From NCBI GenBank assembly GCA_965287045.1, contig OZ336890.1, forward strand, positions 35,712,001-35,776,000: a stretch of 64,000 bases of DNA, read 5' to 3'. Position numbers and translations under genes: made by a program. This DNA comes from Carcharhinus amblyrhynchos. Taxonomy: Eukaryota. Below, piece after piece: positions 52,971-64,000 of the stretch; positions within the stretch are counted from its first letter, which is position 1; every line of letters begins with the position of its first letter. The notes below the pieces were generated by a model. The model made no database searches and was not told the DNA's origin. It saw only the letters and a list, made by a program, of their open reading frames with translations.

Positions 52971-54290
52971 ATAACATAGAAACATAAAAAATAGCAGAAG
53001 TAGGCCACTTGGCCCTTTTAGTCTGCTCAGCTATTAATTTTGATCGTAGCTGATCATCAAATTCTATACACTGATCCCACCTTCCCCTCATAGCACTTGA
53101 TCGCTTCAGCCCTGAGAGCTATATGTAATTTCTTCTTGAAGTCACACAATGTTTTTGCTTCAAAATTATTTGAATTCCATAGATTCATCACTCTCTGGGT
53201 GAAGGAATTTCCCCTCATCAGTCCCAAATGGTTTACCCCCTTATCCGCAAACTACAACCCCTAGTTCTGGACTCCCCCACCATCAGGAACATCTTTTTTT
53301 AATCCACCCTGTCTAATCCTGTCAGAATTTTATGAATTTTTATGAGATCCCTTCTCTCTCTTCTAAACGCCAATGAATATAACCCTAGCCAATTTAATCT
53401 CTCCTTATATGACAGACCCACTATCCCAGGAATCAGCTTGGTAAACCTTCGCTGCACTCCCTCTATATGAAGGGCATCCTGCCTCAGATAAGGACATCAA
53501 AACTCACAATAACTCCAGATGCGTCCTCACTAATGCCCTGTACAATTGCAGTAAAACACCCATATTCCTATACTCAAATCCTCTTACTATGAAGGTCAAC
53601 ATACCATTTGCTCCTTTACTGCCTGCTGTACCTGCCTGCTTACTTTCAGTGACTGATGCACGAGGACACCAAGTTCTCGCCGAGTATCCAATTCTCTCAA
53701 TTTACACCCATTTAAATAATATTAATGCTAACAAAGTGAATATCCTCACATTTATCCACATTATGCTGCACCCACTCACTCAGCCTGTCCAAATCACACT
53801 GAAGCATCCCTGTATCCTCCTCACAGATCACCCAACTTTGTAGTATCTACAAATTTGAAGACAATACATTGAGTTCCCTCCTTCAAATTATCAATTTATA
53901 ATGTGAACCGTTGGGATCGTAGAACAGATCCCTGCGGTGCCACTATGCAATCCTTGATAACAGACTCTAGCAAATTCCCCAGAACTGACACGAGGCTCAT
54001 TGGTCTATCATTCCATGATTTCTTTCAACCTCCCTTTTTGAACAATAGGCTTACGTTAGCTACCCTCCAATCTGTAGGAACCAGTCCAGAGTTTAAAGAA
54101 TTTTAGAAAACAACCACCAATGGATCTACTATTTCCAGGGCCACTTCCTTAAGCACTCTGGGATGAAGATCATCAGGCCCTGCAGGTTTATCCACCTTCA
54201 ATCCCATCAATTTCCCCAAAACCATTTCTTTACTAATGCTGATTTCCTTCATCTCTTCACTAAAATTTGTTTTCTCAGAACTTCTATTAG
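52971..54290 (-). mobile_element. Degenerate CR1 LINE with internal deletions
   Basis: Tail (TTTCTATG)n at 52971-52990, with remnants of ORF2 segments (QRRFTKLIPG near 53420-53455, PQGS near 53930, LLESVIKD near 53950-53975, GPDD near 54170). Confidence 0.85.
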
Positions 54291-54506
54291 ACTACATTTC
54301 TCAGCAGTCGGTGAAATATGTGAAATGCAGTTTTAGGAAGGATATTAATAACTCCTTTACAAGGATAATCAAGATGTAGAATGGGTTTCTGGTAGAGCAG
54401 TGGGAATGAAAATCCAGCACTATTCACAAAAACAACTGGTTCCTGCAATTTGTCTTTAACTCAGTTTTTCAGGAAGAATAAGTTGCACTACACATTTCAT
54501 AGAAGT

Positions 54507-54802
54507 TATCATAGAATCCCTACAGTGCAGAAGGAGGCCATTTGGCCCAACAAGCCTGCATCGCCAACAATCCCATCCAAACCCCGTCCTTGCGACCCCA
54601 TGTGCTTACCCTGTTAATCGCTCTGGCACTAAGGGGCAATTTAGCATGGCCAATCAACCTAACCTGCACATCTTTGGAGGAGGAAACCCACACAGACAGT
54701 GGGAGAATGTGCAAACTCCATAGACAGTGGCCCGAAGCCGGAACTGAACCCGGGCCCTTGGCATTGTGTGGCAGCAGTGCTAACCACTGTGCCACCATGC
54801 CA
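54507..54802 (-). mobile_element. HE1 V-SINE, full length
   Basis: atcatagaatccctacagtgcagaaggaggccatttggccc...gtgctaaccactgtgccaccatgcc. Confidence 0.9.
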
Positions 54803-55009
54803 CCCCCAAATCAAATGCTATTTTTTTGAATGTACTTTAAACAGTTCTGTAATGTTCAGTTTTGATATTAGAATGGCATTGGAATGCTTGCCAATACCCA
54901 ATCATTGGGTATGTAACTAGAATGTGAGAGGCAAGGGTGTTGATAAAGCAGAATAAAGCTGTCAGACTCAGTAGGAGTGACGACGGGTGTAGGTTTGGCG
55001 TGTACAGTG

Positions 55010-55032
55010 GATGATGATGATGATGATGATGA
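55010..55032. repeat. (GAT)7 microsatellite
   Basis: GATGATGATGATGATGATGATGA. Confidence 0.9.
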
Positions 55033-55476
55033 AGGCAGCCTGTTTCATTAGTTTGATCAGGGTTTAGTGGGTTCGGTGGGAAAGGTAATGCTGGCAGCTC
55101 TTCAGCGAATTGGACCTGGTAGGAAGGACAATGCTGATGAGTTTAATTTGGGCAGTTTAGGAAGATCATTAACTTTTTCCTTCGAATGTGTGATACAACT
55201 CATTCTTCCTGACAAGCTTAGTTTGGAAATTAGTTCAAAGAGTCTGTTACTTAGAGAAAATTCATGCAATTTTTTTTTAAACGCAATTCCACATAGACCC
55301 TTGGTTTGGACCCTCATATCTTTGCAACTAGCTAAAAGCTTTATCAGAATTTGTCTGCAAAGAGTCCTGCATCCTTACCAGTCATGAGTCACTTGGGACT
55401 TAGGTGGCCAGCGGTGACGTTTCCAGAATTAAGTACTTAACATAAAACAGGATGACTGCCAGTTAAGTATCGGGGC

Positions 55477-55505
<29 letters not shown>
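55477..55505. repeat. G29 homopolymer
   Basis: Uninterrupted run of 29 G, counted by eye. Confidence 0.9.
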
Positions 55506-55509
<4 letters not shown>

Positions 55510-57594
55510 CTGAGACCTGAAATAGCAGGCATTTTGGAGCAGTGATAACAACACCTCATATTTGAGTTGGGTTGGGCATTTGAAGTTGGTGACAGTTTAA
55601 ACAATCATTTTAACCTAAACAATTAGAAAAGGGCAATGGTGGGGAGGTGGGGTGGTATTTAAATATGCAAAAAACCATGACAAGGAAATTGACAAATGTT
55701 AAGCGTTTTAGTTTAAATGTCTACAAGAAAACAAAGTAACTAATAGAACACACAACTAATGCAGACATGCAAGATGCTGCACCATATACTAAAAAAAGTC
55801 ATTTCTCAGCCAATAGAATGTGGTATTTGGGAAGAAAAGTGCGACAGTAAGCAAGATAAGGTGGCATTTATTTTGCGAGACAGTATAAAGGTAAAGTATA
55901 GGAACCTAAAGAGTACTGAATTTGTAGCTTTATCAGTGCAAGCCTTTAATTGAACACTTCAAGTACTGAACAAGTGTATGTTGTCAGAGATAAAGAGATT
56001 CAAGAACTTTTAACACTGCATGAGGAAATTAAGATTTAGAATAGCTGCCATTCTGACTTCAAGTTAAAGCAGAACTATAAACTGTGGGCTTGTGTTGAAT
56101 AGGACATTACTAGGAGAAGTTTACAATGGTGTATGTTCCATCAAATTAACACAGCTTGACCTCTGGAAGAAGATAGTAGCAGCAGTGAAGACAGCTCCAT
56201 TAGGAGTCCCAGCTCTCTTCACAGCTCCTCACCAAAAGCAGATGGAGCCCCCTTTTAGTAAAATGCACCGTGACTCAAAGTTTATAGATGAGCATCTGGG
56301 ATGTTTCCTCACGCAGTGTGTGGTGCACCACAGTCAAATCTATCAAATGCCCGGGCTGGTAATTAATGAGTTGGAAACCTGCTTTGTACACCTCTAGTTG
56401 CAAAGATCCCTAGCCTCTCAAAAAAAATGAAAGAATGCCTTGAGGTGTAAAGGGTCAACAACATGTGTGCAAGATTAATGTTTAAGAATCAAAGCTCTTG
56501 AAAGCTCTCGAGTGCTGCACCATAATTTTCGCACTGTTATATCTATGGGACAGAAGCACAATAGAACATTACAGAACACTGTGCTAATCATTTGGAAAGA
56601 CAAAGGTCAAAATAGAAAAGTCCATTCAGCAAATGCACAGGAAGAATTCCGTCTTGAATCACAAAACTGTTATTTGCTCTTAAGGCACAGGGTCTCTGCG
56701 GACACTTGGATAACTTCAGCCAGTTTACATGTTAACATTAGTTATATTGTACAAGCAATTTCATTGAACCGGTTTTTCTGTCATGGGAGAGATTCCAACC
56801 ATTAATTTCATTTTAACCACAAATCATTTTTACAAAGCACACAGTATTCAGTAACAAGTTAAAGCAAATAGCCAAATTAAAGTGACAGCAGCAAGATTTC
56901 ACAATTCTCAAGTACCTACATGTAAAATTATCCATAAAAATTATCAATATAAACTTAAACAGGGAACAGGGTAGCTGATGTTGCTGGTCCATTGCATTGT
57001 AATGCACGTGAAACCTACTTTCGCTGACCAGTTCTAGCTTTGTAGTCAACCTCAATATAGCGACAGGAACAGTCATTGCATCACTTCAGAGTATTACTAA
57101 ATTATAGATCTATTTGTAAATATTGCTAAAATTGTACAAACTCCATCCATAAATTGGTTCAATAGTAAACAAATGTCATTACACATTTGGACAAAAGGCA
57201 AACTGAGTCAGTGAGGAGATATTTAGGTTATCAGCAGGACTGATATTTGACCAAATATTAGTCAAGGTTGGAGCTGGTGAAAGGAAGACAACATACACTT
57301 TGGCAGAAAATATAGGGTCACTTGAGAAAATAATCCCTAAACGAGGGAAGAACATTCAAAAACTATATTTAGAAGTGGCAGTCATGTAAATGTGACAAGT
57401 CAAAAACAACAAATGGTTGAATTACAAGAAACAATTAGGTTATATGTTAGAAATATCTCAATTTTGCACCATTATTTGTGATTATGTATAGTTATTGCAT
57501 CAAAATCACAAGTCATCACATACTGCATAACAACTGCATAAACAATTGTGAAGAGTAGTCAAGTTCCACATGCATGAGGACAGTCTCAACTGGG

Positions 57595-57932
57595 ATCTTC
57601 GGTTCATGTCACACTATGTGTAACCCCCACCCATTTGGCCTGGGCTTGCAAAATCCTACTAACTGTCCTGGCTCGAGACAATTCACACCTCTTTAACCTG
57701 TGATTATTTCTCTCTCCACTTGCACTGTCTGTACCTATAAAGACTTGATTACCTGACAGGGCTTGCATTCCAACCATTATCTTGCAACTGTGTCTTTGTC
57801 TATATATGCCACGTTTGTGAAACCTACCTCTCCACTTACCTGATGAAGGAGCAGTGCTCTGAAAGCTCATGATTCCAAATAAACCTGTTGAACTTTAACC
57901 TGGTGCTGAGAGACTTTTTTTTATTGTGCCCA
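57595..57932 (+). mobile_element. Penelope-like element 3' end / pseudo-LTR with a minimal hammerhead motif
   Basis: ...cctgatgaaggagcagtgctctgaaagctcatgattccaaataaacctgttgaactttaacctggtgctgagagactt is homologous to the 62234-62414 insert. The CTGATGA...GAAA core is typical of Penelope pseudo-LTRs. Confidence 0.7.
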
Positions 57933-58499
57933 AAATTGGATGGAATACACAATGCTCTATTTGAATGAAAGCCCAAATTCTGATAAGACCAAATTGCTTT
58001 TCAATTCTGTGAAAGTTCAAGAATATATTTTCTGAGAGTCTTCAGGGATGCACAGAATCAAATGTTCCAAATAGTCCACGAGAAACCTGAACAGACCATT
58101 CATCTATTGTTTCTGCAGTCTACCCTTCCAAGGTTTCATCATTCGCCTATTCCACTGGTGCTCTTAACCCACTCATTACAGAAGAGCAAGCGTGTCAACT
58201 AAGGTGACTCATCCAGTTACTTCCTTCCTCCCTCCTATTTCAATTTAATAGTACAACTAAGTTCTTAAAATTATCTGAAGGGGAATTGCAGGTACAAAAT
58301 TATTCTGATAGTTGGCAATATGTACCACAGAAATATGGTTTGCAGAACAACATACCATAAACATAGGAAATATAAAATTGAAAGAAACAAAAGCTTCATG
58401 ATAAACATTAGTGCAAATCAATTTGAAAATACTTCAATAATTCTTAAAATACATAAATGATAAAGCAAATATTGTTAATTATTCTTAAAAAAACAAGTA

Positions 58500-59400
58500 T
58501 ATTGGAACAGTAGTCAGCTCCTACTTTAGATCATGGCTGATTTGCACCTGAACTCTATATCCCTTGACACCCTTATTCAACAATAATCCTCCATCTTAGT
58601 CTTGAAATTTTTAATCCCCCCAGCACCTACAATCTTTTGGAGAACAGGGATGAGAGTGGGGGTGGGGTGGGGGAGAAAGAGTTCTACATTTCAATTGTCG
58701 TGAGTTAAAAAAAAAAGCCTTCTGATTTCACTCTTACGTGGCCTAGCTATAATTTTTAGATTGTATCTGCTTGTCCTGGAATTCCCTTACCAAAGCAAAT
58801 AGTTCCTCTGTATTTACCTTACTGAATCTATTCAAAATCTCAAACACCTTGATTAGATTACCCTACAACCTATGAAACTCAAAGGAATACAAGCCAGGTT
58901 TATGCAAGCTGTCCTTACGAGTTAACCCTTTAAGACTTGATGCTCTGGTGTCAAGTCAGTCGTGTATCCACTCCATAATGAATATTTCCTTTGTGAAATG
59001 CAGTATGCAAAACTGAATACAATATTCCAGATCGGGTCTGACCAAAGCTCTGTGCAACTGAAGCACGACTTCTCTCCATTTGCATACCAACCCCTTTAAG
59101 ATAAAGGCCAACATTGTCAGCTGCTTTTCTGATTATATTTTATCCCTGGGCTCTAGACGTGCTGGTTAGCTGCAGTGGGGTTGCTAAATCCTCTCTCAGT
59201 GTACCTGAACAGGCATGCGAATGTGGTGACTAGGGGATTTTCAGTAACTTCACTGCAATGATAATGAAAGCCTACTTGCAACAATAATAAAATAAACTTT
59301 TAGCTTTCAGCGATTTGTGTACAAAGACATGCAAATTTCTTTGCTCCTTTACCGTTTCTAATTTCTTGCCATTGAGAAAATATTCTTAAGATTTAGAATA
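58500..59400 (-). mobile_element. Decayed CR1 fragment, interrupted at about 59155-59300 by a (+) alternative-tail SINE 3' half
   Basis: agatcatggctgatt..., aactcaaaggaatacaagcc..., aatattccagatcgggtctgaccaaagctctgtgcaactg..., ataaaggccaacatt. The SINE piece is gtggtgactaggggattttcagtaacttcactgcaatg. Confidence 0.65.
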
Positions 59401-59729
59401 GTTTGATTATCCTTTTATTAAAGCAGCGAGTGCTGACAACATTACAGACTTCATTATGTAGATATACAGAGCCTAACGGTGTGAGGAGGCTGACCATATA
59501 GTTGAAGCAATATAGGATTCGTCTACTTCCTAGCCTTCCATTAGTCAAAGATTTAGTAATTCAGCACAGATGGCAAACTAAAGCTTGGATTTTTCCAGCT
59601 TTTGTTGCTCAGTATCACACTGTGCAGTTAACATGAACCATGTGCTACAAACATTTCAAAGCTTACAAATGAAAAAAAACTGTTGAAGTCCTAAAGAAGT
59701 AACAAGTACAATACTGAACGGAGACCAAC

Positions 59730-59800
59730 CTAATTTGTCCTCTGACCAGGGGTCTGTTCTTCGTCCTGTTCATGTTCGAGTCAAATGGCACCTCAAAGAA
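59730..59800 (-). CDS. COX10: COX10 internal coding exon (human exon 5 equivalent, 71 bp; too short for the ORF track)
   Basis: tttctgatag|TTC TTT GAG GTG CCA TTT GAC TCG AAC ATG AAC AGG ACG AAG AAC AGA CCC CTG GTC AGA GGA CAA ATT AG|gttggt, encoding [23 protein letters not shown](S), the UbiA-family D..M.RT..RP motif. The phase joins correctly to the exon starting at 43378. Confidence 0.95.
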
Positions 59801-60499
59801 CTATCAGAAATTACAATGGGACACAATATTAGACACAGCCAATTTGATAAAATTGATTCAAGTTTGACATAACACAAAGTAATGTTCTGGCAAGATCAAC
59901 CTACAAAACTCAGCAAGGAATTAAACTTGAAATTATGCTGAATATTAAGACAGACAAGTAGCTTCACACTGTAGAATACTTTCTCAAATGGTTTAAGATA
60001 GCATTTTTAAAAATTGATTTAATTTGAGGATCACAAGAAAGTCACAATTATAATTTTGTTTACACATATTCTAACACTGCAACCTAAATAAAAATGGTTT
60101 CTGAATCCACCAATTAAATCGTTTTGTAAATAAAAAGTAACTTTTTAAAAAAATAGTAACATTCCAAAGTGAGCATCCTGTAATGGGAAGGGAAGAACAC
60201 TATTCACTTTCCCCTTGCTACTGAGCCTGCCATTTAAAAGTCACGGTGTGCCATAATAGACCAATAAGGTGCCTTCTTGTGGTCAGGTAAGTCTGAATTG
60301 GGCTCAGGATGATACAGAGCATTGCCTGTGATGACAGTCAATGTAAATCCATCAGGAAATGCATCCACCTTGATTATCTCATGAAGTAGAATGGCACAAA
60401 GAGAAACAGGTCACATGATTATCCACAGACAATTATTACCATTTACTTCATCTCCCTCATCAGAGATGGCCTACCACTCAGTGCCAGTATCCAGTATGG

Positions 60500-61510
60500 G
60501 AAGCTTTTGGTTGCTTCCAGGCAAAAACAAAATTGACCACACGGACACCGTGACCTTCAACTTGCAGATGACTGCTGCATGATAGCTTGCTCTATACAGG
60601 GCATGCAAAGGATGCTTGATCGTTTCAACATCTCCTATGAGAGGCCTGGCCTAACTTTAAACAACGCCAAGATGAAGGTCCTTTACCAACCCTCCCCAGA
60701 TCAGATGAGTATCCCCTCCACCATCCACATAGACGGGATAACTCTGGAGTATGTGCAGTACTTCCCCAATTTCAGCAGTCACCTCTCCCAAGGGTCTACC
60801 ATTGATGAGAAAGTTCCGCACCAAGTCAACTGTGTCAGCACTGCTTCTTCAAGATGCACCAATGTCTTGGACCACAGGGACCTTTGAAAATCAGTAAGAG
60901 TCCTGGTTTGTAAGGCCTTTGTATTCACCACCATTCTCTATTGTAGCAAAACCCAGATCGTCTATTGACACCACATTAAGATCCTTGAGAGTTTCCATCA
61001 GTGGTGATTGCGTTGAATCCTGGGGATCAAATGGGAGGACCGCCGGGCCAATAGCAGTGTCCTACATGAAGCTGAGTCTCCCAGCAAGGAAGTTCTACTC
61101 CTATGGAACCAATTCCCAATGGATGCCCAGAAACCCCCTTCCTCCACAGGTTTTCTCCCAGCTCTTTACTGGTCAACGCCTTAACAGTGGTCAAAGGAAA
61201 AGGTACAAGGGATTCACTTGAGGCTGTCCTAAAGCAGGGAGGCATTAATGCCACTGACTGGGAGAAGGCTTTGGACTGCTTGGCATGGCTTGATCTGGTC
61301 CATCAAGGCACAAGCTGTTTCAAGGCTCAGCCAACGAGGCAGAACAGCAATGGCAGAGAAAGGAGAGAAAAGCCAACCCAGGGCTACAAATTCCACTTTT
61401 CCAGTGCAACATGCCCCCACTGTAGAAGACCCAGATCTAGAATTGGATTTCTCATCCATCTGAAGTCTCATCAAGCTTTACGGACTTCATCCTCAATTTT
61501 GAGGGGCTGC
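60500..61510 (+). mobile_element. RTE-clade LINE 3' fragment (frameshifted)
   Basis: ADDCC remnant near 60565, then MQRMLDRFNISYERPGLTLNNAKMKVLYQP...YFPNFSSHLS...IDE, GQRKRYK, and a C-terminal TCPHC...SRIGFLIHLKSH zinc-finger-like motif. Confidence 0.85.
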
Positions 61511-61969
61511 AGATAACCTTAAATTTATGATATTTCAGCCATGATGCTACACTTATGTAAAGAGTTGGGGATGAATTCCAACAACTATTATCATCCCTAC
61601 CCACACTGACCTTCCCCTTTAAAAATTCTGTATTTCCCTCATAGACCACGTTCTCTAAAAACAGGTGGTTTGCATATAATGAATAACCTCAGCTCAAACC
61701 CATAAAAAGAGATGAGACCAACTGCAGGATACCATGTTGTGTAAAATATGGAAGTGAAAATTCCTGAAATATTGAATCTCAGCCATTGCAAAGTATTATT
61801 TTAGCTGGAACTGAAACTGGGGCAAATGTGAATCACTGTAACAGACAATTCTCATGAAACGTCGTGAAACAGACTGAGTGATGCTGTATTAAACACACAC
61901 CTGACATCAACTTAACGTGTACCAGGCTGGAGCTGCTTGTATACTATGATATGACCCATACTCCCTCAA

Positions 61970-62955
61970 GTCTTAGGTTGCAGGACGATATAGACAGGTT
62001 GGTCAGATGAGCAGATAAAACTTAACCCTGAAAAGTACTAGGTAGTGCAGTTTGGAAGGACTAGCAAGATAAAAGAATACTCAATGAATGGCAGGACATG
62101 AGGAAGCTCAGAAGAACAGAGGGGTCTAAGGCTGCTTGTTCACAGGTCGCTGAAGGTGGCAGGGTTGGTTAATAGGGTAGTTAAAGCAGCATACAGGATA
62201 CTGATCATTATCAGTCATGGCACAGATTATAAGCCATGATGCGAAGATGCCGGTGTTGGACTGGGATAAGCACAGTAAGAAGTCTCACAACACCAGGTAA
62301 AAGTCCAATAGGTTTATTTGGTAGCATAAGCTTTTGGAATGCCACTCCTTCTTCAGGTGAAGAAGGAGCGACACTCCAAAAGCTTGTGCTACCAAATTAA
62401 CCTGCTGGACTTTACACAGATTATAAGAGCAGGGAGGTTAAGTTGGGGATGTGAAAACATTGGTTAGGCCATAACTGGAGTATTGTGTCCAACTCCATTT
62501 GCCTTGTATAGCAAGGGTGCAGCACATGTTCACCAAGATGCTGCGTGGGATGGAGAATTTGAAATATCAAGAGAGGCTGGATAGACTTGGGATGTTTTCT
62601 TCAGAAAAAAAGCTGAGGGGGACTTGATTGAGGCGTACAAGTTTATGAAGGGTATGGACAGGGTTCCTCTTAGTTGAAGGGTCGATAGCGAGCGGCAGAA
62701 GATTTAGAGGGGATTTGAGGAAAAGACTTTCCACCCAGAGGGTGGTGGGAGGCTGGAATGCACTGCCTGGGAGGATAGCAAAAGCTGAAAACCTCAAACT
62801 TTTAAAACGTACATGGATGAGCTCTTGAAATGTCATACCATTCAAGACTATGGGCGATAAGCTGGAAAGAGAGGTTAGTGTAGATTTAGTGCAGTCTTGT
62901 TGGTGCAGACTTGATGATCCAAAAGGCCTCTCCTGTACTGTATGATTCTATGATG
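61970..62955 (+). mobile_element. CR1/HER1 LINE 3' fragment interrupted by a Penelope-derived insert
   Basis: ttgcaggacgatatagacaggttgg (LQDDIDRL), gttaggccataactggagtattgtgtcc (RP.LEYCV), ttccacccagagggtggtgggaggctggaatgcactgcctgg, tail tatgattctatga. Confidence 0.85.
62234..62414. mobile_element. Penelope-like pseudo-LTR insert with inverted duplication, flanked by 13-bp direct repeats
   Basis: CACAGATTATAAG at 62221-62233 and 62415-62427, an inverted repeat at 62300-62413, and homology to 57835-57930. Confidence 0.8.
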
Positions 62956-63359
62956 TCTCAGGAAGTCAACCATAACGTGAAAGTAAACGCGCTGCAATTT
63001 GCAAAACCTGAGCAAGGCTTAAGCAATGGGATTCAGCTCAAATGTAGGCTTCCTTATTATGAATTGTTTCTAAGACGTTGCACATGGATGATGAGCCAAA
63101 TGGTCGCCTTCTGTGCTGTTCTATTATCAACAATTTTTATTTCTTGACATCATTATTTTGATAATCACAATAAAAATCCACTGGAAACAACTCTGCAAAA
63201 AAGTGCAAGCAAACTAAATTGGAACATTCTTAACTCTTGCGCAGTCCTTTCAAGCTCTTTGTGGCACGACTGGGATGATTTATAAGATGCATCCTACTCC
63301 AGCAACACTGCGTATTTTCTTTGAAAGGATCTTGAAGGACAGGCTAAAGTTACATTTAA

Positions 63360-63642
63360 AGTCACAAATAGGCTTACATTAACACTGCAATGAAGTTACT
63401 GTGAAAATTTCCTAGTCGCCCCACTCTGGTGCCTGTTCGGGTACACCGAGGGAGAATTTAGCATGGCCAATTCATCTAACCTGCAGAGCTTTGGAGTGTG
63501 GGAGGAAACCAGAGCACCCAGGGGAAACGTACGCAGTCACGGGGAGAACGTGCAAACTCCATACAGACAATGACCCAAGCCAGGAATCAAACCCAGGTCC
63601 CTGGTGTTGTGAAGCAGCAGTGCTAACCGCTGTGCCACCGCC
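63360..63642 (-). mobile_element. V-SINE, alternative tail
   Basis: gtcacaaataggcttacattaacactgcaatgaagttactgtgaaaatttcctagtcgcc...gtgctaaccgctgtgccaccgccc. Confidence 0.9.
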
Positions 63643-64000
63643 CTTGCATTTCAGGCAAAGCTAACTGGATCATGTGTAATGGATTGTCAACAGTTTTAGA
63701 TTATCTCACATTACACTTAATATTAGTTTTAATTGAAATTACATGTATTGCCAATGCACTTTTAAGATTCACTATGTATATTCAAGTTGTTAATGATCAG
63801 AAATTGCTTTCTAAATGAAGGTTTCGTGGATGCATCTTAAGGAAGAGGGAACATGCAGAAGGATTCAAACTATCCAAAGGACATATATATAAATAATGGT
63901 TAAAATGTGCTGGAGGCAGCTGGTTTTGTTACTTCAAAGCCCAAATGCTGAAGGAAAATCCCCCACAAAAACACACTCACTCTGACAGCTGACCTAGTGC

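Overview
Vertebrate genomic DNA, inferred from its repeats to come from a cartilaginous fish: it carries HE1-type V-SINEs, HER1/CR1 LINEs, DeuSINE-like, L2-like, RTE, Rex1 and Penelope-like fragments, which points to a shark. Two protein-coding genes lie on the minus strand. COX10 is represented by its last three coding exons (59730-59800, 43146-43378, 37620-38044). HS3ST3B1 is represented by its first coding exon (17126-17661) and a CCAAT/GC-box promoter; its second exon must lie left of the window. The tandem COX10 then HS3ST3B1 order matches human 17p12. A CpG-retaining, SINE-poor domain of about 16 kb surrounds the HS3ST3B1 promoter, while the flanks are dense in retroelements. The most notable observations are: a Penelope-derived 56-bp-arm hairpin with hammerhead-ribozyme remnants and a 13-bp target-site duplication; a V-SINE family whose tail resembles a Rex1 LINE tail rather than HER1; a young CR1 with an in-frame deletion of the whole RT core, nested in an older CR1; and a uORF-packed HS3ST3B1 leader. 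I found no prokaryotic-type systems such as CRISPR arrays or operons. Repeat boundaries were estimated by eye and are approximate.
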